Assembly (NCBI GenBank): GCA_051362555.1
Contig: CM120642.1
Span: forward strand, 10,416,001 to 10,480,000
DNA length: 64,000 nucleotides
Origin: Lingula anatina
Taxonomy: Eukaryota; Animalia; Brachiopoda
Direction of reading: 5' to 3'
Shown here: one piece after another, positions 40,310-52,669 of the stretch
Layout: each line of letters starts with the position of its first letter
How positions within the stretch are numbered: the first letter of the stretch is position 1
Translations under genes and position numbers: made by a program
Notes under the pieces: generated by a model
Seen by the model: only the letters and a program-made list of their open reading frames with translations
Told to the model about the DNA's origin: nothing
Databases searched by the model: none

Positions 40310-41511
40310 ACACCGGGCCGGTGATGAATAGTCCCGCAGAAGGAGGGCCTCAATTGAATGGTAATGTACACTTAAAAGCTCACCGAAAAGAACAAAAACG
40401 TCTGCACCCCATAAAACAGTTTATCAAATGATAGAATTTTTAAAGTAGAGATGCGTATATTTCACATCTTTAAACATTAATGCATATTAGATCCATAAAC
40501 ATTTCGTGGAACCAATCGTGTCAGCCGTCATCCTACTTGCTGGTTGTTTAAGAAGTGTTTAACATTATACATTTGTGCGTTTAAATCCTTGGGAATTTCA
40601 ACAAGATAATTAAATGTGTTGTTTTAGCGATCTGAATATCTATAATAACTCGACAAAATGATTTCCCTTAATGCCAGACTAATTGCAATGTATTATCCTA
40701 TATGAAACGGAAACAACTGTTTCCTTGGCAAGTGCCCCCCTCCCCCTCCTTCTTTACACACACGCATAGTTAAGCAGACTTAATTATTTTTTTTGTTCTA
40801 CTTTGGAACATCTTCAAAACCCCGTGTAACTCCCATCTCCCTTTTGATAAAACCGCGGATAGGCTTGAGAAATGATACAAAAACTTTTTACTACTCCATT
40901 ACAGGCAAACGGCGCGATATTAGATTAAATAGTGGATACTTTTGAATGAAACTTATTAATTATTCATCTCACTCAGATTAGATTATGGTTTAGCTCGAAA
41001 TAATGCTCTCTTTTTTTCTCTCTCTTAAGGCTCTTTTTTCGTGAAAATATGAAGGTATCAACAGAAATTTCTCTTTAGTGGTGTTTCTGCCATTTTCCGA
41101 CCAGTTTTCTTCGATTTTTCTTGGTAAAAGGTTTTCTTTAAAAGCTCTCTCTTACAAACAATATCCTGTGGAATTTGAATCTGCATCAGGTTCAGCACTA
41201 TATTGTTTAATTTCCATAGTGATCAGCGCGTATCATTATGTGTTACTACGTAGTTTCTGGGACCTTGCAGTCAGAGAGAGATAGTGATTACAAAAAAGAT
41301 CTCTCTAATCTATGAAGCAGCAAGTTTTAATTATAGATCATCGTCCACCAACAGCAAACTAATCAAATTGACATGAAATCCCAGCACCTGCTCATCATTG
41401 GAAAGTCCGTAAATGGCAATTTAGTCAGGTAATATCATTGATACAATTTTTATCCGGGCCATAAGAGACACAAGCAACTTGACTGATAACTCTTCTTTCT
41501 GTAAAACAAGT

Positions 41512-41605
41512 TGGCTCAAAGGAGGCGAGTAAAGTGTCTTGTATGCGAAAGTCAATTGAACCCTCACACTTCGGGTGGCAGGGTTCGATATCGCTCACGG
41601 GCGCA
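41512..41605 (+). mobile_element. Degenerate tRNA-derived SINE head
   Basis: A-box-like tggctcaaagg and B-box-like gggttcgatatcgctcacgggc. No full tRNA cloverleaf can be drawn. Confidence 0.3.
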
Positions 41606-42731
41606 TTTGTGCCAATTTTGATATTTGTTTTGATTTGATTTAGCAAGTACAATTTACTTATCACTTTTTTTCAAGTCGTCAATAAAAGAATAAAGCATAT
41701 TTGATCTCTTTATTCTGATTTTTTTCATTCTCGCATCTCCAGAAAAAGAAAGAACGCATATTTGGGTGGGTGAATTTTAGTTTAAATTGACAGTGGTACC
41801 GTTTGGTTTCCAAGAAACGAAATGGTGATGCAAGCATTCTTCAAATTCTTACTATATAAATTGACAGACATGAGGGACGGGAAAAATTATAAGAAATACC
41901 ACAGTTATCAATTACCCCGAAATGTTAACAGGCAGAGAGGTATGTCCCAAATGGTATAGAACTAACTGTGACTCTTTTTGTATATACTTAAAGTTCACGT
42001 GTGTATCTGAAATTATCCTTTTCCCGTCAGGATGGATGCGTAGGTAGAGTCGCTGCATCTTTAGCATGGAGGATATTCATATCTGCACTTTAGAGTGCAA
42101 AAACAGAGACAGATATCACTTTTTCTAAATCGAGAATTGTCAATAATGTGGTTCCATTGGTGGTTTTTCCCTTTTATTATTTCTTAGAATTTAAACGGAC
42201 GTTACAGAACACACGGCGCTTTTTTTCTCGCTGACGACAGTTCGTTTACGTCAATTCCTTTCTTTTCTGCCTCAACAAGAGAGTAAACTCATTTTCCACA
42301 CAAGTCATAAAGTTAAGACACTTTTTCATTTCCTGAGTAAATAGACATTACTATGTTCGTGCGGAGAATTCAATTTCGATTATTTATGGCCTAATATTAC
42401 CAATGCGTCTACGCACATTATTTCATGCGAAATGAAACATTTCATGAAAATTTAGTAAGAGCTGGGATCAATAGCTGAGAAAAATAATGAAATGAGACGG
42501 AGAAATGGGTTGTCGATGCTTTACCTGTGGCATTGAACAAGGTCGGCGCCCACTTCACTTATTACATGTGCTTGCGCAGGTAAATGTGTGTATTTTCACG
42601 CCGGCGATTTGAACAACGCAATAAGTGTATGACTAGATGCTGAAAATTTCATAGCGTTATACATGACAATTGTGATGTTTAATTGATAGAAATATTTTTA
42701 CACATTTGCGAACGAATGAAATTCTTTAAGA

Positions 42732-42735
42732 TCTC

Positions 42736-42766
<31 letters not shown>

Positions 42767-42818
42767 CTTTCTCTCTCTCTCTCTCTCTTTCTCTCTTCCC
42801 CCTCCCCCTCTCTCTCTC
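42732..42818. repeat. CT-rich polypyrimidine / microsatellite tract upstream of dachshund
   Basis: Direct reading. Confidence 0.9.
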
Positions 42819-45187
42819 GCAAAACACACGTCTATTAATACAAAAAACTGCAATCATCTTATAATTCAAGACATGTATTTCTTTCAAAACAGACCATCTG
42901 TCTCATTTCTCGTCAACGCAATTTGCGCTTGACAAAGAAAGAAAATTAAATACAAGAAATTAGAATCGAATCGAAGAAAAGCACGTCTTCTTGTCGCATT
43001 GCGTGAGAGCCCTGCCAATCACGTATATTAAACTATTTAGACTTCGGCCGTAATTACAACAGCGATGACTTTCCTTCCTCTTCGTTTTATTTCATCCTGC
43101 TCTTTTACAACGCCTGAAACATCCTTTTTACTTATAACTGATAGTCTGATGAATCTTGTCAAAGCTGGCACTTGAAAGTTGTGTCAGCTTGATCAGATAA
43201 ATCCCTTCTTCGAAAGTAGCAGTTTCTTACTTCTTAGATTATGAGCAAATTAATTACTCTATACAAATTTGTCAGCCTTGATTGCATCCTTTGACATTTT
43301 ATGTTCATGTATATAGTAAAAACATGACTTGATTGGTTCATTGACTTGATACATGCTTAACTAAATACATAAGAAGGAAGAAATAATTTCTTTTCATTAC
43401 TTTGTTTCTATGTGTTTCACAAGGAAAATCTCTTACTCAAATATGCATTTTTATCGTCATACAAAAATGATTAAATGAAGGACCAGTCATGGCATAGATA
43501 TAAATCAACTCCAAAATTGATTAACGTGTTTAACTATCACAATTTTATCTCTACAATTCTTTTATCCTCTCGGCTAATTGTTAAGTCGGCATATTCACGG
43601 AAGGGTCACTATCGTTAAGTTCCCTACACCTCGTAGGGAACGCGCGTGTCAACAAATTGTTTGGAGGGTCATTTTCCCGGGTCACTCTGCTCTTCATTTA
43701 CAAATTGATTCAAGTCATTTAACCTACCGTAGACGATACAATTAAGATGGATAAATACCGTATGCGCTCCGGCTCCCTAGTGTACCGGGGCATAGAAAGA
43801 CGACGGTTATCGACCATTCGACAAATAAAGGTATTTCATTTTCTCTATAAGGTGTGGCGTAATCACCCAAAGTCAAGATATTGCCTATTAGAGATTTCTA
43901 ACTACTCAGAATAATGTGAACATTCCATGAAATAGGGTCTTACTATGGCCTATCAAAGATTTCTAAATTTTCTTTTAATGTCGAAATTCCATGGAAAAGG
44001 ACGATTTGGTGTCTCGTCTTCCACCTGCCCCAAGGCATTTGAAACCTTTCATCCCCTAATGTTACCATTCCCTCGTCGATTGCTGAACGAACGACAGCTA
44101 TTTAATCGGAGATTTAGTTCTAATTAAAGGCATATTCGCAGGGTAAATACGCGCTATTCTATGTGATAACCTGTGTAAAACAAATTATGAATTCATCAAA
44201 CAAATGGCAGTCTGCCATGCACCACGCACATTTGATTCACTTTAAACAACAATCATCGAAAGAAGCCAACTTGTGGTAGATACATATTGCTTATACTGTG
44301 GGAGATACCATATGACACGAATAAAAAAAACAAATTGCGATTTATTTCCTACATCAAAAAGCATTCACTCACTGCAGCGACTCGTAAAATAATGTAAATA
44401 ATTAGAGTATTGTGAAAAAAAGCAAACTGCCATTACAATAAAAATTAGCTGTTAGCAATAAGATGTTTTCACCACACTTTTTTTCGTTTGTGAAATTGCA
44501 ATAACAGATTTAGAATATTACGACTGGATTAAAAAGACTGTTTGTTGGGTTTTGAATATCGAATAAAGAAGTGAAAATGATGGGTAGGTCTATCTATCAC
44601 TGGCGCCATTGTCCGTTTTTGGTAAATGTACTTTCAACCTATCACTCACTGTTCGCATCAGTTTTAATTTAAAGAAATGTCCTATGAATACATATTTACA
44701 GACAATAACAGATCATAACTGTAAAGAGTAAAAAAGAACACCCTTTCTTGTACTGTACCCTAACGCAGTCTGTTCAGCACTGAAGCATTTTCCAGTTCAT
44801 ACTTTATTTAAATTTCCACTCGTAATGATGAGCCTTTGCTGGTTATTACGAATTTTCATTCATTTCAACAGCTACTGGTGTTTTAAAATATATTTTAGTC
44901 AGAAAAATTACAGTCATGCGATTTAAATTAATACAAAACTTGATGATTTTTCCCCAAAAACTCTTGTGTCTTAAAGACTACTTCTTTTCTCTTGAAAGCA
45001 TGCTCAGCGTAGAATTTTCATTATTTTAAAAGTGGCATAGTGGTATTCAAAAAGGAACTCACTTTATTTTGATTCAGAAACTTACTTCATGCTTATCCCA
45101 AAGGTACCGTGAAAATGGGCGATTCTGATGTTCTTGGAGTTTTATTGTTATCTTGTTCTCATAAATATGTTTCGCTTAATTTGCGGC

Positions 45188-45193
45188 TGTGTG

Positions 45194-45274
<81 letters not shown>
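45188..45274. repeat. Compound (GT)n(GA)n microsatellite
   Basis: Direct reading. Confidence 0.95.
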
Positions 45275-45277
<3 letters not shown>

Positions 45278-47813
45278 AATTAAAATAATAACAATCTTAC
45301 AAATATCATAACAATTAAAAGTGTCATTCTTTTCATTATCATTATATTAAACTAACTAAGATCTTATTTTTCCCAAATGATAACGTATGTTTACATAAAA
45401 ATAATATTGATATTTAGCTTTAATTTCATTCTCGACCTGGAGCTACTTTTGCGGCAACGAGGTGTTCTAATCAACTTAACGACCATGAAGACAACGCCCC
45501 CAGCAAAGACCTTCTGTTTGGAGTAAATTAGAGATGTGCTTTAATGTTTCTCTTTCTTCATCTTCATGTGTGTTTTTTCATCTTGCTTTTTGCTAAGTAG
45601 CACATTAATGATACACAGTTAATAGAAGAAACTCGTATCCTTCTGCAAAAACATCTGTCCAACACAGAATGATACATACTATTAATGGGAGATTTATGGT
45701 TCCATGGAAATCTTACTGGAAATTTCCTTTTGGTGCAATGATGATGATGCCTTTCTGTGTTGCCAGTGGACATGCAATCTCCAGTAAAAGACAGTCACTG
45801 AACAGTTTTTCAGTCATGTTATTACATTTTGCCACTGGTTCAACCGTATTAGAATCATGATAATGGTACCATCATATGGACCAAGGGCGCTGTTCTCAAT
45901 CTTAATCAAGAGAGGGGGGAGGGAGTTCATACGCCCAGGTCATTGCAAAGGGGGAAATTGGAAGCTCTTGACTGGTCGCTGTGACAGAATGTCTTGAATC
46001 AAACTGTAGTGATATTTGTAATATATGCAACTCTGCAGGTACATGCAAGAAAATAGAGTGATCCTGTCATCTTCAGACGCAGCTTGGAGGTAAACCTCGG
46101 GGGCTCAATGAAATGTGCCAATTTATGTAGGGACTGCAAATTAACCTATTTTTTGTTTCATCTATTGCTGTTTTGTTATTATATGTCCATACAGTAGCGT
46201 ATTTAAAGTGTCCCTGCGTTTATATATATTTCTGCATTATTGTGCATAAGAATGACAGGAATAAATTTTTGTTTTGCAGATTTGTATTTTCTGACGTTGT
46301 ACAAAAATGGGCGATATAAAATATTTATTTTTGTACGAACATTCTATTAGTTTCATTATGCCTCAGAGTGACATTGAATTTATTTTCCAAATTCCAGAAC
46401 AATATGTGTTTCCAGCGGAATGAAAACTCTTTTTGTAGGGTTTTATTAAAATGATTTTTTTTTCAAAAGTACGTGTACTCGAACACCGTCTAAGAGTTAC
46501 AGCACTGAGTTTTGACAGGCCAAATTGACTATAGTAATTTGTTCGCTGTGACCCATAGGCCAGAGACAGGTTGCCCACCGTCCACCTCCTGTGGTCACTA
46601 CACTCCCTGACCACTGCCCAATTACCGAATAAAATGCCCAAAAGGAAAATTATGGTTCTGATGAATGCACAGATAGTTTCGAGTTTGTTTTTCTGACTGA
46701 TTCTTCCTATGAAGAATGGTGTTTATTTTGCCAATTTCTATGTGGAATACTCAGTCAAGTTGTCTGATTAGGCCACTTGAATGCAGGGTCATCCAGTAAA
46801 ACAGACCGTCGTGGAATTATTTGTTGTTGATATAAAATTGCAATCTTAGATCTTAGTACGTTTGGTGCCTTGTGGAATGACCAATTTATATCCTAGATAA
46901 AGCAGACGACACAAGACATTTTACCCTCCTTAAGTAAACATTCAATGGTCCGTTTTATTCGAATTCTGTTTACCAAATTTGTGTTTGTCTTCACTGTGGA
47001 GCACTCATTTATTGTCTTGAATTGCAATAGATAAGTTATTTATCCGCCCATTAACCTGCCCAAGCTATCCAGTGTTTGGATGAAAGAACTAGTGTAGTCG
47101 GCCATATAATCATCCGGGGCTGTGCCCATCCGTCAGACAGACATTGGCTATCAGTCTGTCTCCGTTTGATGGTTAATTTATCTCGACTACTGGATTTGAC
47201 CATGTACCCCAAGGCGGCGTGTCACGAATGGGGGAGGCGAATTTACTGGCGACTACCCATGCATTCACCTAAGGTTTTGACCGCTAGTCAGACAAGCTAG
47301 ATGTATCACACCAAGTCATTCTATATAGGGTTGTAGCGAGAATGATTAATTTCCCACTGCTGTATCACCCACCCCCATCCCACTAAAAAATTAATTATAA
47401 AATGTAATGAATTATCATGAATTATGAAAATGATATGGTTGCCTAGGGTCCTTCAATTTTTTTTTCACAAACATTTACCAGTTTGCCTGTTTTCAAATAT
47501 ATGTTGGATTTAATTTTTTTTAGGAATTTTGAAAATACAATTCTATAAGTGCAGACACGTTCAAAACGAAGAAATTCATGCGCGTCCAGATTTAATTTTG
47601 AATTGCAACAGATAAGTTATTTATTATGACTCCTGCCATGTTAGTTGTTTTTCGGAAATGTTGAATTTCTTTAGAAGTAGCATATCTAGCATTTCGACAA
47701 CAGTTTATTTCAACAGCCAGAGATACGCTGTATGGAACCGCCCAACTTATCCATATGTCCCGCTTTTTTTTTTCTTTTTCCCCATCAACTCTTTGTTTGT
47801 GGCATTGAATATT

Positions 47814-47815
<2 letters not shown>

Positions 47816-47855
<40 letters not shown>
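47816..47855. repeat. Poly(A) tract of about 40 nt
   Basis: Direct reading. It generates the poly-K and poly-F ORF artefacts. Confidence 0.95.
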
Positions 47856-47857
<2 letters not shown>

Positions 47858-48799
47858 TGATAATAAACAGGGCAGCTATTACATTACATAGATGATTGCA
47901 GGTGAAAAAACAATACTGAAGTACATACAGATGCAAACCTTTTAGTCCTAGATACCTGACAACAATATCCTGAGTGGAAACTTTCGGTTTGTGTAACCCG
48001 AGGAATACTGTATCAACCATTAAAACTAATGCTATGTATAAATAGAAACAAAATACATTTGTCTAACTCAAGGGGATTCTGTTTTCATAGTTGAATAATT
48101 TTGCCATGACAAAAACAGAAGGCACTTGCGGTAGATTAATGAGAGCGCTGAAAAAATAAACTCTTAGGATTTGGTTAATTCGATAGGGAGTGCAGTAAAA
48201 ACAGCATGTTTGACAGTGATAAAACTAAAAGTGTGCAAGAACTTCTTTTAGACTTACTTTGCGCTTTACTTAGTACAAGATTAGACCTGCTAATTATGCA
48301 ATCGGCATCACATCTTCAACCTACACGTTTTTTTTTATTAACAAACCAACATAGTTTCGTTTGGTTAATGTTGAAAATATCTATTTCATGCTTTTCTCCA
48401 AATAATATGTTACACAAAGTGTATAGATTGTCTTGCGACAGAGATTGTGGCCGCGGATTCAGAAAAAAAAATCACCCACCAGGTATTGTGCCTGATCTGT
48501 GGATAATGATAATGCGAGACTGTTGAACAATTTTTCCCGATTGTAATGTAGGCCTTTGCCTATCTTGTCTGTTATATAACGCTATACAACAGACTGATTG
48601 ACTAAAGCCCTGCAGGTCTGGTTACAGACGTCCACGACACCTACTGCTCTGCCATAATATACTTTACATCCACAGGATGGCAGCGTCATATCAGTTAATA
48701 CAGTTTCCACAATAATAATAGCGAAAAGACTTTGGAACATCCATTCGTAATTGTACTACTTCTTTGGGTGTTTTGCAAAATCGCATTTCAATTCGAAAT

Positions 48800-48839
<40 letters not shown>

Positions 48840-50180
48840 AAAAAGGTGAAACAGCATTATTTTGGTTGGAAGTTAAGTTGAAATATAATGGGCAAAAAAC
48901 CAATAGAAAAGAAACGGAGTAATAGAAGTTAGAGACGGCAAAAAATGTACCTATGGCAACATTAGTTACATGTAAGTATACTCAGATACAAACATTTAAT
49001 ATCCTAATCCCGAATAGCTGCGGTGTCGATCAACTATCTTCAAAAGCGGCAGTAATGTGTAACAAAACACATCTGTAACCAGAGAGTAGCGTAAGTGCTC
49101 TTAATAATGTACGATCTTTGTGCTTGAATACTTCTCACAAGAATAGAATAAATATCTGAAAATGGAGACTTCTTTTAGAGTACGAGTTTCTTAAGTGGGT
49201 TTTCTACTTCTGGAGTTGTTGTCAATAGAATGATTCCCCTGATGAAAGATGGCGAACACCAGCGATTTTTTATTATTCATTTAAACAATTCAAATCGACG
49301 TCAACTGAAGATCACAGTCATGCAGAAAAAATGACAAGGACTCTACGACGTTCTCGTCGCTATCTGAAACGTTTTCTATCCCGCTGTCTAGCCTTCAAAA
49401 TGGTTGTAATTTATAATCATAAACAATTAAGAATTCTTTAAAAAGTGAATTGTGGAAAGACAAATATCGGCAAAAAATGGGTCAGATATTGATATTTGGC
49501 GCAGTGTGGCATTGATGGCAATGCTTTTTTCGTTGCACCATTCCACGGAGAATTGATGCGCATTGATGGAAATAAAAGGTAAATTCATTCATGGTTCAAC
49601 TATTTCTACATACTTAAGAAAACGAATTAAATTACCTGTTGCATCATTCTTTATCGTTTATCTAAAGAGAGATACTTATGAGAACTCGCAACTGAAAAAT
49701 ACCAGTTTCATTTATTTAATTTCCCTTTGAATAGGACAGTGACATCGCTTTGTAAACACTGACTATTACTATAACTTCATATGTACCAACATTTATACCA
49801 TTTAGTGAAATTAGTGTGATTGGTAATTGAGATTTTTTTGTCTACAGAAAGTTACCACAGTGGTCGCCACTGTGCTTGTGACGAAGGATCGAAACCACTG
49901 AAAATAACACAATCGGTTGAGAGGAGCACAATCACAATCATGGCATTCACTCTTACTCATCCTGTCAGCGAGCTTTCATTCAACAGAGTCCCGTCATTTG
50001 ACAGAAAGCAGAATGGACACAAACATCTTTATGAATAAATAATTTAAAAAGGGTTATATTGAAGAGATGTTTGATTATGGTGGAACCAATGGTTTTCTTT
50101 GCAATACCCAATTGATTTCTTTTTACTCAAACTGTACACCATCTGTCCTCAACATCTTTACCCCAGCACTTATTCCAACA

Positions 50181-50186
50181 TTTATT
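50181..50186 (-). terminator. Candidate polyadenylation signal of FANCF
   Basis: AATAAA on the minus strand about 65 nt after the FANCF stop codon. Confidence 0.45.
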
Positions 50187-50251
50187 CACCGAACAATCTT
50201 TTTTGTTATTAAAGTTCTGCCATTTGAAATACATATCTTTGACACAGAAGG

Positions 50252-52613
50252 TTATGAAGCATCAATATTAAATGTAACAGGAATGTCTTTAAGCAAATCA
50301 GTCCATATATTAACACTGCAGTCTGTTCTAGTTGCTAAATCCTGAATTGTTTTCCTTACAGCTAGTGCAGTGTGCGGGTGTTCACAGAGGCCTTGAAAAC
50401 ACTGCTTTAACTTCGTGTATGAGAAGTCCTCAGTATCCTGTGACTTGAGGCTAAAAGACAACAAAGACTCATTTAATAAGGTATATATAAATTACAAGTA
50501 AAAAAACAGTAGAAGATTTATCAACATCCTAATGCATACACAAAACATAGAAAAAATAAGGATAAAAATTGCACATATTTAACCAGGTGAGGTACTCTGA
50601 TGAATAAGACTTGACATTACAAAAAAAGCTAACTAACAACTGATGAACTTATGCACTGCCATGCAGACGCTTAGATAACTTATTTTTTTCCAAAATACAC
50701 TTTTATCTTCAAATACACAAATTCCACTTTCAAAACTCAACTGTAACCAGTCGCGTTGCAATTCCCTACCTCCATGTGTATCCTGCTTTCCCCATGTTAT
50801 CATAAACTATTACCATTGACTGTGCCCACTCCGTCAGGTGATCCATATACCTAGTGTAGAAGCTGAAGTACACAAAGGCCACTTGGCACAGCAGACTGGG
50901 GGGCACTTGCCAAATGGGCTTCAGCAAACTACAATAATATCAATTCAAGACATTAAATTAAAGTGATTTTTGTATTTTCTTATAAAATCGTATCATACAA
51001 ACTCAATATCAGAGAGGAACTTTTGCCATGGGTTTATTTATAAGTAATTTTAACAAAAGTGTGTGGGCATGATTATGCCAGCTTCTTGAACAAAATTACT
51101 ATTCGCATATTCTCACTTTCCTGACATCTGTTTGAATAACAAAACAAGGAAAAACTTAGCACTAGGGAAAAACCACAGAATTTCTGCTGCAACCTCTCCT
51201 TTAAAAATACCTGGATAACATTCAGCAAATGGTAATAAATCACTACAAATGTTCCATGTCATGTACCTTGACCTTGGGTGTGTCCTGTCTTTGTCTACAC
51301 ATGTGTTTAACACCCACTGCAGGACAAACTGGCGCAACTCACTGCTGCCCTCTGCAGGGGACATATCTCCATCATCTGTTATGAGCACAGTCAGCAAAAT
51401 ATCCTTGATGGCCAAACAGTAATAAATTAGGAATAAAATATTGCAGATGAATGTCAGGAGATATATGCATAGCAAGAGTAATTGATATGCATGCCTAATT
51501 ACATATTTGACATAAATTCATGTCATTAAGTCTTACTGTTTTTCTTTCTACCGTTTTATTTAATGAATAAGTGATAGACATGATCACTCCAATCAAAATA
51601 TAACTCAGTAACAGCAAACAGGCCTATTACTCATCAAACTCAGCTTACCAAACCATGTTCCTCCATAACAGCACTGGTCAAGATTCTTTCTGTATGGCTC
51701 ACTGCCCTGCAAAGAAATAAAATGCAATAACCACAATTTTAATAGCAACTTTCCTATTACAAAAAAATTTATAAAAAACCAAATCAAACTCAGGCTGAAA
51801 CTTCAAAACTTTAATGCAAACCAAAAGTCTCCCTCCATCCCCCCCAACTGCTCATTCGAGCCCATTCTTGTTGAATTAAGGAGGCAGTCTAATTATCACA
51901 GATAATGGAGAATTACATACAAAGTGTGTAGTGCCTTACTTGTCCCTCCTGTGGCAGTTAATCCAGACCTTTCTGATATGCCTTAAGAGTAAGCATGCCT
52001 GTGTTTGGACACTTGTTGACCTCCAATGCTGATCAATTTCACCGCTTTGTTGGGCACTGTTCACCAATTTTTTCAGCTGCATTGCCTGCTGCAGGGATGA
52101 CTTGGTCTCACTGAGTTCAGAGAGTAACTAAAATGTGGTTTTAATGGTAATATTGAAGTATAGTCAATATCAAAATAAAATCAAATATAAATATATAACA
52201 GTTTATAAATCTTGCAAAAAGAAATCTACATCTTAAGTAATCTAAATTAACAATGTGTATCTGTGATGTTATTTTTTACCTAAAACTCCATATAACAGAG
52301 GAATTAATTTCAACTTGCACTTACAGACAAAATATCACAGGCAGATGACCCATCATTCCCAACAGACAAAATTCTGCTGAGCAGCTGGTCTGATAGCTGG
52401 GGATTCTGAACAAGGGACTACAATAAATTGAGAGACATCTTATGAAATAAAGATTGAGTACTCAATACAAGGCCAGTGCAGAGATTATGATTGCAATGCA
52501 ATGCAATTGCTAACAAGTTCATATAAAGGGTTAAGCAAGAAAAAAAAATAGTTAGGCATAGAAGAGTAACTTGTGCAAAGTTTATTTCTCTACAACAGCA
52601 ACAACAACATTAA

Positions 52614-52669
<56 letters not shown>

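Noticed and set aside
41512-41605. tRNA gene
   Set aside because: Only degenerate A/B boxes and no cloverleaf; better explained as a SINE head.
43619-43641. 9-bp perfect hairpin gttccctac/gtagggaac
   Set aside because: Short, and adjacent to a SINE-like remnant; no evidence of function. A Rho-independent terminator is irrelevant in a eukaryote.
47592-48903. ORFs with poly-F or poly-K runs
   Set aside because: Produced by poly(A)/poly(T) tracts.
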